A stretch of DNA of 12,079 nt. It comes from Promethearchaeota archaeon. GTDB taxonomy: Archaea; Asgardarchaeota; Lokiarchaeia; Sigyniarchaeales; SOKP01. Made by a program: the position numbers and the translations under genes. The stretch spans positions 1 through 12,079 of the forward strand of contig JAHLWS010000083.1 of the NCBI GenBank assembly GCA_019057795.1. The letters run 5' to 3'. The notes beneath the pieces were generated by a model, which did no database searches, was not told where the DNA came from, and saw only the letters and a program-made list of their open reading frames with translations. Below are positions 1-7,617 of this stretch, piece by piece; positions within the stretch are counted from its first letter, which is position 1; every line of letters begins with the position of its first letter.

Positions 1-156
1 AGTATTGGTATGAGTATTGCAATGAAGTATAAGGTTGAAAAGCTGTATTATCTTCAATTGTGGGGTCGAGAATATCAAAATCAACCATATATTAAGATTC
101 CTTTAACAAATCAGAAATTAATAAACATTATGGAGTTAACACTTAAACATGGCTAA
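1..156 (+). CDS. 3' end of a probable small CARF-like (Rossmann-fold) protein, 5'-truncated by the window edge
   Basis: Frame 1 is open from base 1 to TAA at 154-156 (SIGMSIAMKYKVEKLYYLQLWGREYQNQPYIKIPLTNQKLINIMELTLKHG*) and overlaps the next ATG by 8 nt. The small-residue helix followed by a 'KLYYL' strand resembles the segment after the D-x-T-x-G-x-K motif of CARF folds. The diagnostic motif itself lies outside the window, so the family call is inference. Confidence 0.5.
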   Translation, partial: SIGMSIAMKYKVEKLYYLQLWGREYQNQPYIKIPLTNQKLINIMELTLKHG

Positions 157-1213
157 TAGAATTTCAGAGTTTGTTTTAAAGCTAGAAGAATTACCAATAC
201 TTTTAAATGTTCTATATTTAAAAGCTAACGATTGGTTTCATATTTACCCATATATAATAGAAGAGAACACTTTCAGTGTCACTTTAGAAAAGATAGTAAA
301 AATAACTAGGCTAATAAACAAATCTAGATATCAAGAAATAATAACCGAAAAACAACTATCAGATTTTCCAAATATAGTACCAAAATTTGAAGTTTTACGA
401 GGAATCTTAATTGCCTCTGGATTCTTGAAGATGAAGAACTGGTCAACTATTCTGGAAGAATTAGAAAAAATAAAATTAATCGATCCATTGAAAGGAGAAC
501 GGCAGGCTTTCATTGGGTTGGATACTAATTGTTTCATAGATAGAATTTATTCTGTGTTAAAACATTCCTATAAAACAGATATTTCAAATTTTTATTTCGT
601 ACTATCAAGAATAATTAGAAACGAATTAATGTCAATGAGAACCATATCTAACACGCAATTAGACGATCTTAGAGAGAGATATACAAAAAATCATGAGATC
701 TTTAAAGAATTTTGGAACGGAGACAATCTTTATACGCGAACTCGTCATCTTGGTTTAGTAGAATTTAATAAATTAAGAAAACAATCTAAATGTTTAATTA
801 ATGATGGTCTAGACATAAATGAATCGAGAGAATTTGATTATCAAATAATCGAGGATTTTAGAAATCAAATATTAAAGCAAGGATATAATTTGCTCCTCTT
901 AAGTTCTGATAAGCAATTTGCTGACCAAGCACGACAATCAGGTATTAATAGCATATATCTTGAAAGACTACCGCTGGAAGATATGCCAAGGCAATTCTCT
1001 GGAACTTGGTCCATGTTATGTGATTTTCTTTATCTTAATAGCGTATATTTTGGAGCAATACATCTTGTTTGTAAAAAATATAAAATAAAAATGTTTGGAA
1101 TATGGAGAGGCAAAGGAGCAACAGAATGGGATTCTGAATCAGTAAAAATCTGGATAGGAAGTGAAAAGCTCTCAAACTTACTCGACCAACAACTAACTAT
1201 TGTAAGGACATGA
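149..1213 (+). CDS. PIN-domain ribonuclease with N- and C-terminal extensions (354 aa)
   Basis: Canonical PIN acidic tetrad: FIGLDTN (D125), RNEL (E159), EFDYQII (D230), LLSSDKQF (D254). Confidence 0.85.
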   Translation: MANRISEFVLKLEELPILLNVLYLKANDWFHIYPYIIEENTFSVTLEKIVKITRLINKSRYQEIITEKQLSDFPNIVPKFEVLRGILIASGFLKMKNWSTILEELEKIKLIDPLKGERQAFIGLDTNCFIDRIYSVLKHSYKTDISNFYFVLSRIIRNELMSMRTISNTQLDDLRERYTKNHEIFKEFWNGDNLYTRTRHLGLVEFNKLRKQSKCLINDGLDINESREFDYQIIEDFRNQILKQGYNLLLLSSDKQFADQARQSGINSIYLERLPLEDMPRQFSGTWSMLCDFLYLNSVYFGAIHLVCKKYKIKMFGIWRGKGATEWDSESVKIWIGSEKLSNLLDQQLTIVRT

Positions 1214-1269
1214 ATAAGTATTTATCGTTTGATGTTTGCCTAAATGAAGATCAATCATAATAATTTCAA

Positions 1270-1289
1270 ATAAGGAATGACTTCCTTAT
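1270..1289. terminator. Perfect 8-bp hairpin between convergent genes, possibly a bidirectional terminator or processing site
   Basis: ATAAGGAA-TGAC-TTCCTTAT lies in the 125-bp gap between the PIN stop (1213) and the cas7-insertion stop (1339). No long U-tract directly follows it. Confidence 0.4.
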
Positions 1290-1338
1290 GACTAAAATTT
1301 TACAATCCATTCCTAAATAATACTTTCATAATTAATTA

Positions 1339-3414
1339 TTATATTTTTTCAATGTTTTGAGCCTCTAAACCTTTCTCCCCTTTTCCAAGAACAAATTCGA
1401 CTTTATCTCCTTTATTTAACAGCTTATTACCAAAAATATTTTTGGAGTTCATGTATACATCTTTTCCTCCAATATCTGGAATGATAAATCCATAACCTGA
1501 TTTTTCGTTATAAAATTTTACTGTTCCCTTTAAAATATCTCCAATATTGGCATTTTTTCTATTTTTATTCTGATTCTGCCTGTCTTTATCGTATTTAAAC
1601 AATTTAGGATTATTTAGGTCAGTAGGTATTGATTGGTGGATAATGTGCTTAAATGGGCTTCCAGGAGATATTGCACGATTCGACATAAACCATTCGTAAT
1701 TAAGATCGCTCCCAACATTAGATGGGTATTCAACATTAGATGGTGCTTTCTCAAAATTGGTTATTTTCATGTACATCGATAGAACTTTTGGATCACATCC
1801 TAAGAGTTCGGCTGCATCTGCATTTTGAAAGGTCCTAGTCTCATCTCGAATTGTTGCCGAATCTACAATTTCGTAATTTATGGCATCATCATATAACGAT
1901 ATTTTCCTAACTTTAATATTATCTACTATAATCTTGACGCTACCGAGCCCTAGTGGTTTTCCCATCCCAATTTTATGAGCATTTTCCTCGTTATTCCCTA
2001 TCTCTAACGTCCAAATCAATTTCTTTAATTCTTCTTCTTTAACATTGTTAAAATACACCTTGAATATAAAATTATTATTTGATCGTAGAGCCCGTATCCC
2101 TACATTACGATCTGATCTTTCTAGAGTGCGGGGAATTTCGCTTATTTTATGATGCCAGTAGAATTTTCGTCCGCTAATCTCCGCCTTATATCGTCTAAAC
2201 GGGACAAGATCTTTTTTGTAAAAACCGGCGTAATCGTAATTCCATATTTGAGCCTTTATCCCATCTTCTTGACTTGGTTTTAATAAATAAAACTCTGTCG
2301 ACGATAATTTGGGTGAAGCAAGTTCCTTCAATACCTCGGCAACAAAATAATCTTCTGCACTAAACTCTTTTGTTGATATAGCTGGCGTAAATCGAACTCT
2401 TGAGGCGAGTTGGTCGTTTTTGCTTGTAAATCCAAATAAAATACATGCAGGGCATAACTGTTTAAGTGAAGAACAAGGTACGTAATCTTTAATGATGGTT
2501 GTTAAATTACTATAGAATACTTCCCTACCAATCTCAGCAAGGTTTAAATATATTTTTGAGTTATATGATTTGTAATATACTAAAGCTCCATCCAAATCGT
2601 TAATCTTGTTCGCTTTTATTCTTCTGTATCCAGTGTGTTCCTTTTTCTTAAATGCTAAATTAACCGTCTTATCATTATATAACCTAAAATTAACTAGGAG
2701 ATTCTCTACGGCCTTCTCTTCAATATCGATTTGTGGCTTATTAAGATTTTCGACGAATATAGATTCATTTGCCTTTCTATCGATATCTTCTCCGTGGTGA
2801 AAGTATCCTTTTATCTCATTATCATCAAATCCCGTAAAATATCTATCATGGTTTGCTCTAAAGCGAATTTCCTGCCCTTCTTCAAAATTTGATATCTCCC
2901 GTTTATATCTAAACTTATCCATTTTATACTTAATACAGGGTATTATCTTCCATCTACCATCTTTTGTGTGAATAACTTTTCCAGGATCTCCCGGTTTAGT
3001 TACTCGTTTATATAATTTTTTTTCGTGATCTATCGCTGATAAGCACGAATTTGTGAGCAATTCAAAAGAGCTGCGAATCATCCCTCTTAATTCACTTGAA
3101 GGAATCACGGGATTTTTAGGTGGTAATGGCTTATCATCGCTAATGTTTCGAAGATCTTCGTTCGAATAGAATTCAAGGCTATTTATTTGTTCTCCTTTGT
3201 CAGTTTTTAGATTAAATCGATTTACGTTAGATGTATTGGGTATGAATATTGGGCTTTTTGTTAAAAGAGTACATTCAATCCATCCCGTTAATAAATCTTT
3301 TTCATTCTTCAAATTTTCGAAGATGTGGTTTTTATAGCAATTTTTTTCTAAAGGAATAAAAACATAAGGATTTACGAACGTTTCTTTAGATTTGACTATT
3401 ACTTTTTTACCCAT
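1339..3414 (-). CDS. cas7: Type III-D Cas7-family RAMP with large insertion (TIGR03986-like), fused to a C-terminal cold-shock domain
   Basis: FVNPYVFIPL; LTGWIECTLLTKSPIFIP; PVIPSSELRGMIRSSFELLTNSC; zinc-type CxxxxxxCPACILFG; LASPKLS; GRKFYWH; glycine loop KIGMGKPLGLGSV. Last gene of the effector operon, with SD GGAGGTG at 3421-3427. Confidence 0.93.
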   Translation of the reverse strand: MGKKVIVKSKETFVNPYVFIPLEKNCYKNHIFENLKNEKDLLTGWIECTLLTKSPIFIPNTSNVNRFNLKTDKGEQINSLEFYSNEDLRNISDDKPLPPKNPVIPSSELRGMIRSSFELLTNSCLSAIDHEKKLYKRVTKPGDPGKVIHTKDGRWKIIPCIKYKMDKFRYKREISNFEEGQEIRFRANHDRYFTGFDDNEIKGYFHHGEDIDRKANESIFVENLNKPQIDIEEKAVENLLVNFRLYNDKTVNLAFKKKEHTGYRRIKANKINDLDGALVYYKSYNSKIYLNLAEIGREVFYSNLTTIIKDYVPCSSLKQLCPACILFGFTSKNDQLASRVRFTPAISTKEFSAEDYFVAEVLKELASPKLSSTEFYLLKPSQEDGIKAQIWNYDYAGFYKKDLVPFRRYKAEISGRKFYWHHKISEIPRTLERSDRNVGIRALRSNNNFIFKVYFNNVKEEELKKLIWTLEIGNNEENAHKIGMGKPLGLGSVKIIVDNIKVRKISLYDDAINYEIVDSATIRDETRTFQNADAAELLGCDPKVLSMYMKITNFEKAPSNVEYPSNVGSDLNYEWFMSNRAISPGSPFKHIIHQSIPTDLNNPKLFKYDKDRQNQNKNRKNANIGDILKGTVKFYNEKSGYGFIIPDIGGKDVYMNSKNIFGNKLLNKGDKVEFVLGKGEKGLEAQNIEKI
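1342..1536 (-). other. CspA-like cold-shock (OB-fold) domain at the C-terminus of the Cas7-insertion protein
   Basis: ILKGTVKFYNEKSGYGFIIPDIGGKDVYMNSKNI...LNKGDKVEF...GEKGLEAQNI matches the CspA pattern (GTVKWFN, RNP1 GYGFI, RNP2-like DVYMN, GxKVEF, KGxxAxNV). It is in frame with the RAMP through a polar linker (KDRQNQNKNRKNAN). Confidence 0.92.
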
Positions 3415-3961
3415 TTATTACACCTCCATTATTATTCAAAATTTGTACAAGACGGGCGTCGTAAAACTTAATCATACCACCCTTATCAAAATTGAAATAA
3501 TTTCGAACTTTAAATTGGATTGGTAAAGGTTCGTTGTTTATATCTCGAGGAAAACGGATTTTCATGCCTCGATGTTCTTCTATAAGTTCGTTTTTGTTCT
3601 CAATACTGACTTTCGTACCCCACATGATATGGGTTTCTTCGTAAACATTTATGTCTCCTTCTACTTCATCATCGATTCGTAACCTCCACTTGAAATCACC
3701 TCCATACTTCCATAAATGAAGCTCTCCGCTCACTGAAAACATTCTTATTTCTGTTACATAATCTAAGGTAAAATGCTCGTCTCCTAAAACATTAATTTCA
3801 TTATTCACAATTGAGCCAATATATACTTGGTTGTATTTAAAAACAATTAAAAAACAATTCCCACCGAGCTTTTCTTCACATTTTTCCAAGAGAAACTTCT
3901 TTAAATCTTTACCTTCTTCGTAATTTTCTTTTATTTCAATAGATTTAATTGTCCTTATCAT
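3407..3961 (-). CDS. csx19: Type III-D signature subunit Csx19
   Basis: 184 aa; motifs EIRMFSVSGELHLWK, WRLR, IMWGT, VRNY and terminal DARLV; positioned between cas7-cas7 and cas7-insertion as in III-D operons; SD GGGAGGAG at 3972-3979; 8-nt overlap with the next gene. Confidence 0.9.
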   Translation of the reverse strand: MIRTIKSIEIKENYEEGKDLKKFLLEKCEEKLGGNCFLIVFKYNQVYIGSIVNNEINVLGDEHFTLDYVTEIRMFSVSGELHLWKYGGDFKWRLRIDDEVEGDINVYEETHIMWGTKVSIENKNELIEEHRGMKIRFPRDINNEPLPIQFKVRNYFNFDKGGMIKFYDARLVQILNNNGGVING

Positions 3962-3980
3962 AATTTTTTAACTCCTCCCA

Positions 3981-5363
3981 CTACACTAATTCATCTGCTA
4001 ATGATTTGAAATATTTTTCAAAAATATCATTGAAATCATTGTTAATATCTTTAATATCTTTAGTATCTTTAATATCATATTCCTCTGCGTTAAGTTTAAT
4101 CTTAACGCCTTCTAAAATACCCCGCCCAATATTGGAGCCTCCTCCAACAGATTGAAGCCCATGCCACAGTTCTTTAATACCCAATAAGACTATCCCTTTC
4201 TCATATTCTTCAGCATCATTTATCCAAATATTTAATTCGATATTACCGCCAAATGTTGCTTTTTCTGTGAAAAGTGCTGTATCTACGGCTCCACCAGTAA
4301 ATCTGTCAATTTTGTTACGTGTATAATTAAGAGGTATACTTTTATCAATAACGCTTTCATTAATAAAAAGTCTTGATTTTTGGGCACGAAGATCGTAATT
4401 AGGCTCTTTTTCTCTCGTTTTCGCATATCCGAAAAGAGGCTCCATAATTTTTTTAACTTGCTCGATTTTATCGAGCTCTCGAGCAACCTGGATTATTGCA
4501 TTTCTTAATGCGCCAACCCATGAAGTGCCAGAAACAACAGGTTCACCGTTCGAACTCAAATGCGCTACATCTTCTTCTGATGGGTCCGGGTTGGGAGCTC
4601 TAATCAACAATGAATGTGGAATTTTGAATTTTACACTTATATGAGTTTTGTTTTGAATCGTTTTAAGAGAGTTTGTTAAATTATTAAGCTGAATATTTCC
4701 CTCTTTAAAAGCCTCCCAGTCAAAGTTCAGCCAATTATCCCGATCTTCTGCTTTATCCATTAAATTAAGTTTCAATATTTTTATGTCAATTAACTCTAAT
4801 TCTCCAAAACCACGAGCAGTTTTTGCCCCTATGCGAATGTTTCCATTAGTAAATCCTTCTAACACTAAGAAAAGTATATTTTCGAATTTTGAAACCATTT
4901 CATCGTTGTCTTTATCTTTATTGCCCCGAATTGTCAATTCAATTCTAAATCGACAAGAAGCTCCTGGTTCCATTATTTCATAATTATATTTTGCAGTATT
5001 TTTAGCAGTTTTCGTGAAATAGTCGATTGCAACTCCATCTCTAATGTTTACAACACATTTTTCAATATTATCTCCATCGTAAAATGTAATTAAACTTTGC
5101 CTAGATTCTTTTTCTCTTTCTCCAAAAATTTGTCGAATTAATTCGTGTTCTCGATCTTTATCTTCCTCGAGAATTGAATCAAGATAATGTCTCGTTGGTC
5201 CAGCAATACCAGAAGCGGGAATAAAAACTTTATCGTACCAATCCCTACTTATGTCTTTATCTGAATTTGATTCTTCACCACAACCAAGAACTAAGGGAGA
5301 TTTAAATATTAACTTCCCCTTCACGTAATATTTATAAATAACTACATCTTCTATATCACTCAA
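3981..5363 (-). CDS. cas7: Cas7-Cas7 (double Csm3-like RAMP) fusion
   Basis: Two RAMP repeats. First: SPLVLGCG...SDKD...FIPASGIAG...IFG...IRDGVAID...IGAKTARGFG. Second: SLLI...EEDV...VSGTSWVGALR...LFG...TRNKIDRFTGG...VGGGSNIGRG. TTG start with SD GAGGTG at 5371-5376. Confidence 0.92.
   Translation of the reverse strand: MSDIEDVVIYKYYVKGKLIFKSPLVLGCGEESNSDKDISRDWYDKVFIPASGIAGPTRHYLDSILEEDKDREHELIRQIFGEREKESRQSLITFYDGDNIEKCVVNIRDGVAIDYFTKTAKNTAKYNYEIMEPGASCRFRIELTIRGNKDKDNDEMVSKFENILFLVLEGFTNGNIRIGAKTARGFGELELIDIKILKLNLMDKAEDRDNWLNFDWEAFKEGNIQLNNLTNSLKTIQNKTHISVKFKIPHSLLIRAPNPDPSEEDVAHLSSNGEPVVSGTSWVGALRNAIIQVARELDKIEQVKKIMEPLFGYAKTREKEPNYDLRAQKSRLFINESVIDKSIPLNYTRNKIDRFTGGAVDTALFTEKATFGGNIELNIWINDAEEYEKGIVLLGIKELWHGLQSVGGGSNIGRGILEGVKIKLNAEEYDIKDTKDIKDINNDFNDIFEKYFKSLADELV
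4042..4077. repeat. In-frame 9-bp tandem repeat (4 copies of TTAATATCT) encoding DIKDTKDIKDI
   Basis: ttaatatct ttaatatct ttagtatct ttaatatca read directly from the sequence. Confidence 0.85.
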
Positions 5364-7617
5364 TCTTTCTCACCTCTCGAGTCTTGAGAATTAAATTTGT
5401 AATAAATGAACTGCAATAAATATTATAAAGTTCTGTAGTTTTTCTGGAATAATACTTAGTGATTTCAAGATCTTCAAATATCTTAGCAACTTCTGTATTT
5501 TTAAAGGAATCAAAATCGACTTGATCGTTTGAGAGTTTTTTTAATAATTTATTGAAATCTTCTTCATTTACTTTCTTGTTCTTTATATATAGCTCCTTTT
5601 CAACCTTTTTTAACTGATTTAGGGCATTATCTTTTAAGTGTTCTAATTTTTTATTAAATTCATTAATGGAATTCGATGATTTTATAAAAATAAACAACCG
5701 TTGTAGAAAAGAACCCGAAACCTTAATGCGATTATACTTAGGACTGTTAATTATATCAAATACTTTCTTGTTTATAGTGGATTTTAAAGATTCCATTAAG
5801 CAAAATTCTATAAATTCCCTAAGTAAATTAATATTTTTTAAAAGTAGGACGTCTCTACTAGTTTTTTTTTCGAGATTTACTTTTTCGATATGAGAAAACC
5901 CATGTGTATTAACAGACACTTGCCCATATCCTTCTGAAGTTCTCAAGCCAAAAGCGAATTTATCCAATTTTCCAATGTTAAATTTTTGACCATCCTTTCT
6001 TTTTAAGACAATTACTGATCCTGCTGCTAGGGCTTGCCCTTGAATCTTAGGTAACCCCCATGTTGTATTATATCCTCCAACTTTTGTGAATTTCAAATAC
6101 GAATTTTGTATATCCGTTTCGTTTATATTAATTCCAAGTGCTTTTTCGATCTCTTCTATCAGAATTTCAGGATCTGGAGTTAAATGTCCACCATCGTTTG
6201 TTAAAATCATATCAGATGTTAATGTTATAACCAACTGATCAGTACCAATGTTTTGAATTATCCTTTCATATTTTTCAACAGATTTTACTTCAAGAAGACA
6301 TTTACCATATTGAGCGGTTTTAGATTTCCCTACATATATAACCAACTCTTTAGGAAGTATCTCAATTATATTTCTTAAATCCTTGAATTTTCCAATAATT
6401 TGACCTTTGAAATCAAAGTTAGGTTCTAACACATCGTAGTGAAAATAAGCACCAGTAATATCAACTGGCTGGCCTTCACTTTTAATAGCATGTCCTATTT
6501 TACGATCTCTAGGTCTTCTATTATGACTTTCGATTTTCGTCGATGGTATAAAATTTTGCATCATAGAAGAGTTAATATTAGAAAATCCACCGAATAGCTC
6601 CGTTTGGATGCCTTTTTCTCTATCCATTACTATCTCCAAGTCAGGTTCATATGAAAGATCAAAATACCTTTCTTTTCCTTTTTCTCTTACTATAGAGAAA
6701 GGGACTGGATGAAAAATATTGCCATCTACACTCGGATAGAAATTAGTGAAGTTAACTTTACCAGAGAGAAATATGTTTCGAAATTCTGGATTAGTATGTG
6801 CATTGGTGCTTAGACTTTTCTCTTTGATATAAATTCTCGCTAGTGCTCCAAGTATATAACTACCCCTTATAAACAATTCGCTTGTTTGTTGACCGTTTAT
6901 TAAATTAGACACTAAAAGTTGTTCTTCATTCGTGAGGTTAAGGTTAATTACGCAGTCGTCTTCATCACCAAACGCTTTTAATTCCACTTTATCGCTAGAG
7001 TTATTTTGAATCTGTTGATCAATTACTTCTAAACTAATTTCACCTAATCCTCTTGTTCTTGAACTGCCGAAATTTTTAGTAATATTACAAATCTTTTTAA
7101 AATCCTCTTTAAATTTATTAAACTCATTAACTTCATCGATATCAACATCTATATTGAAATGAAATTTTAAATCTTTCCTTAAAACGCGTGAAATTCTTAA
7201 TGAATTTTCTTTTGATACAAATTTTTTCCTCATCACAGAAGTTTGTGTTCTATTATAAGAAAAATATTTTTGAACTGAGTGTTTATCATAGATTTTTGAT
7301 AATTTAGAGTATTCTTGACAAAAGTTTAGAAAATCACGAAAAATTTTGTATTTCCCCATGGTTCCATTTGAAATCCTAAAAATCGTCTTCGAAGCACCCT
7401 CAGCGCCAAAAATTTTATCAATTTCATTGTTATTTAACATTTTCCAATCTGCTAAATCTCTTGCTGAGCTTATTATAATACCTTTTATCCTTTTGGCAGG
7501 AACTTCAGGTAATCCAAATTTGTCAAATAAGACGTCTCTATCAACAATACCAGCTTCACTTTCTCCCGATCCCGGTAAAGCATCGGATAACAATTCTAAG
7601 GTTAATTTTAATTTCAT
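5356..7617 (-). CDS. csx10: Cas7-Cas5-Cas11 fusion (Csx10-like RAMP with N-terminal Cas7 and C-terminal helical small-subunit domain)
   Basis: N-terminal Cas7: LLSDALPGSG...VDRD...GLPEVPAKRIKG...IFG...FGSSRTRGLG. Central Csx10/Cas5 part: FIRGSYILGALA, FYP...PVPFS, VGKSKTAQYG, VGGYN, AAGSV, GLRTSEGYGQV. The last ~160 aa are helical and charged, and the Cas11 call for them is inferred from position. ATGA overlap with cas10; SD GGAGGAG at 7626-7632. Confidence 0.88.
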   Translation of the reverse strand: MKLKLTLELLSDALPGSGESEAGIVDRDVLFDKFGLPEVPAKRIKGIIISSARDLADWKMLNNNEIDKIFGAEGASKTIFRISNGTMGKYKIFRDFLNFCQEYSKLSKIYDKHSVQKYFSYNRTQTSVMRKKFVSKENSLRISRVLRKDLKFHFNIDVDIDEVNEFNKFKEDFKKICNITKNFGSSRTRGLGEISLEVIDQQIQNNSSDKVELKAFGDEDDCVINLNLTNEEQLLVSNLINGQQTSELFIRGSYILGALARIYIKEKSLSTNAHTNPEFRNIFLSGKVNFTNFYPSVDGNIFHPVPFSIVREKGKERYFDLSYEPDLEIVMDREKGIQTELFGGFSNINSSMMQNFIPSTKIESHNRRPRDRKIGHAIKSEGQPVDITGAYFHYDVLEPNFDFKGQIIGKFKDLRNIIEILPKELVIYVGKSKTAQYGKCLLEVKSVEKYERIIQNIGTDQLVITLTSDMILTNDGGHLTPDPEILIEEIEKALGININETDIQNSYLKFTKVGGYNTTWGLPKIQGQALAAGSVIVLKRKDGQKFNIGKLDKFAFGLRTSEGYGQVSVNTHGFSHIEKVNLEKKTSRDVLLLKNINLLREFIEFCLMESLKSTINKKVFDIINSPKYNRIKVSGSFLQRLFIFIKSSNSINEFNKKLEHLKDNALNQLKKVEKELYIKNKKVNEEDFNKLLKKLSNDQVDFDSFKNTEVAKIFEDLEITKYYSRKTTELYNIYCSSFITNLILKTREVRKIE

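Noticed and set aside
331-537. 68-aa minus-strand ORF
   Set aside because: Antisense shadow of the PIN gene with no recognisable motif.
1339-1536. Separate cspA gene
   Set aside because: No stop codon, Met or SD separates it from the RAMP; it reads as a fused domain.
2606-2800. 64-aa plus-strand ORF
   Set aside because: Antisense to cas7-insertion; its hydrophobic look is expected from reversed Lys/Glu/Asn codons.
4283-4983. Short ORFs 4283-4486 (-) and 4783-4983 (+)
   Set aside because: Nested within the well-supported cas7-cas7 gene; no independent signals.
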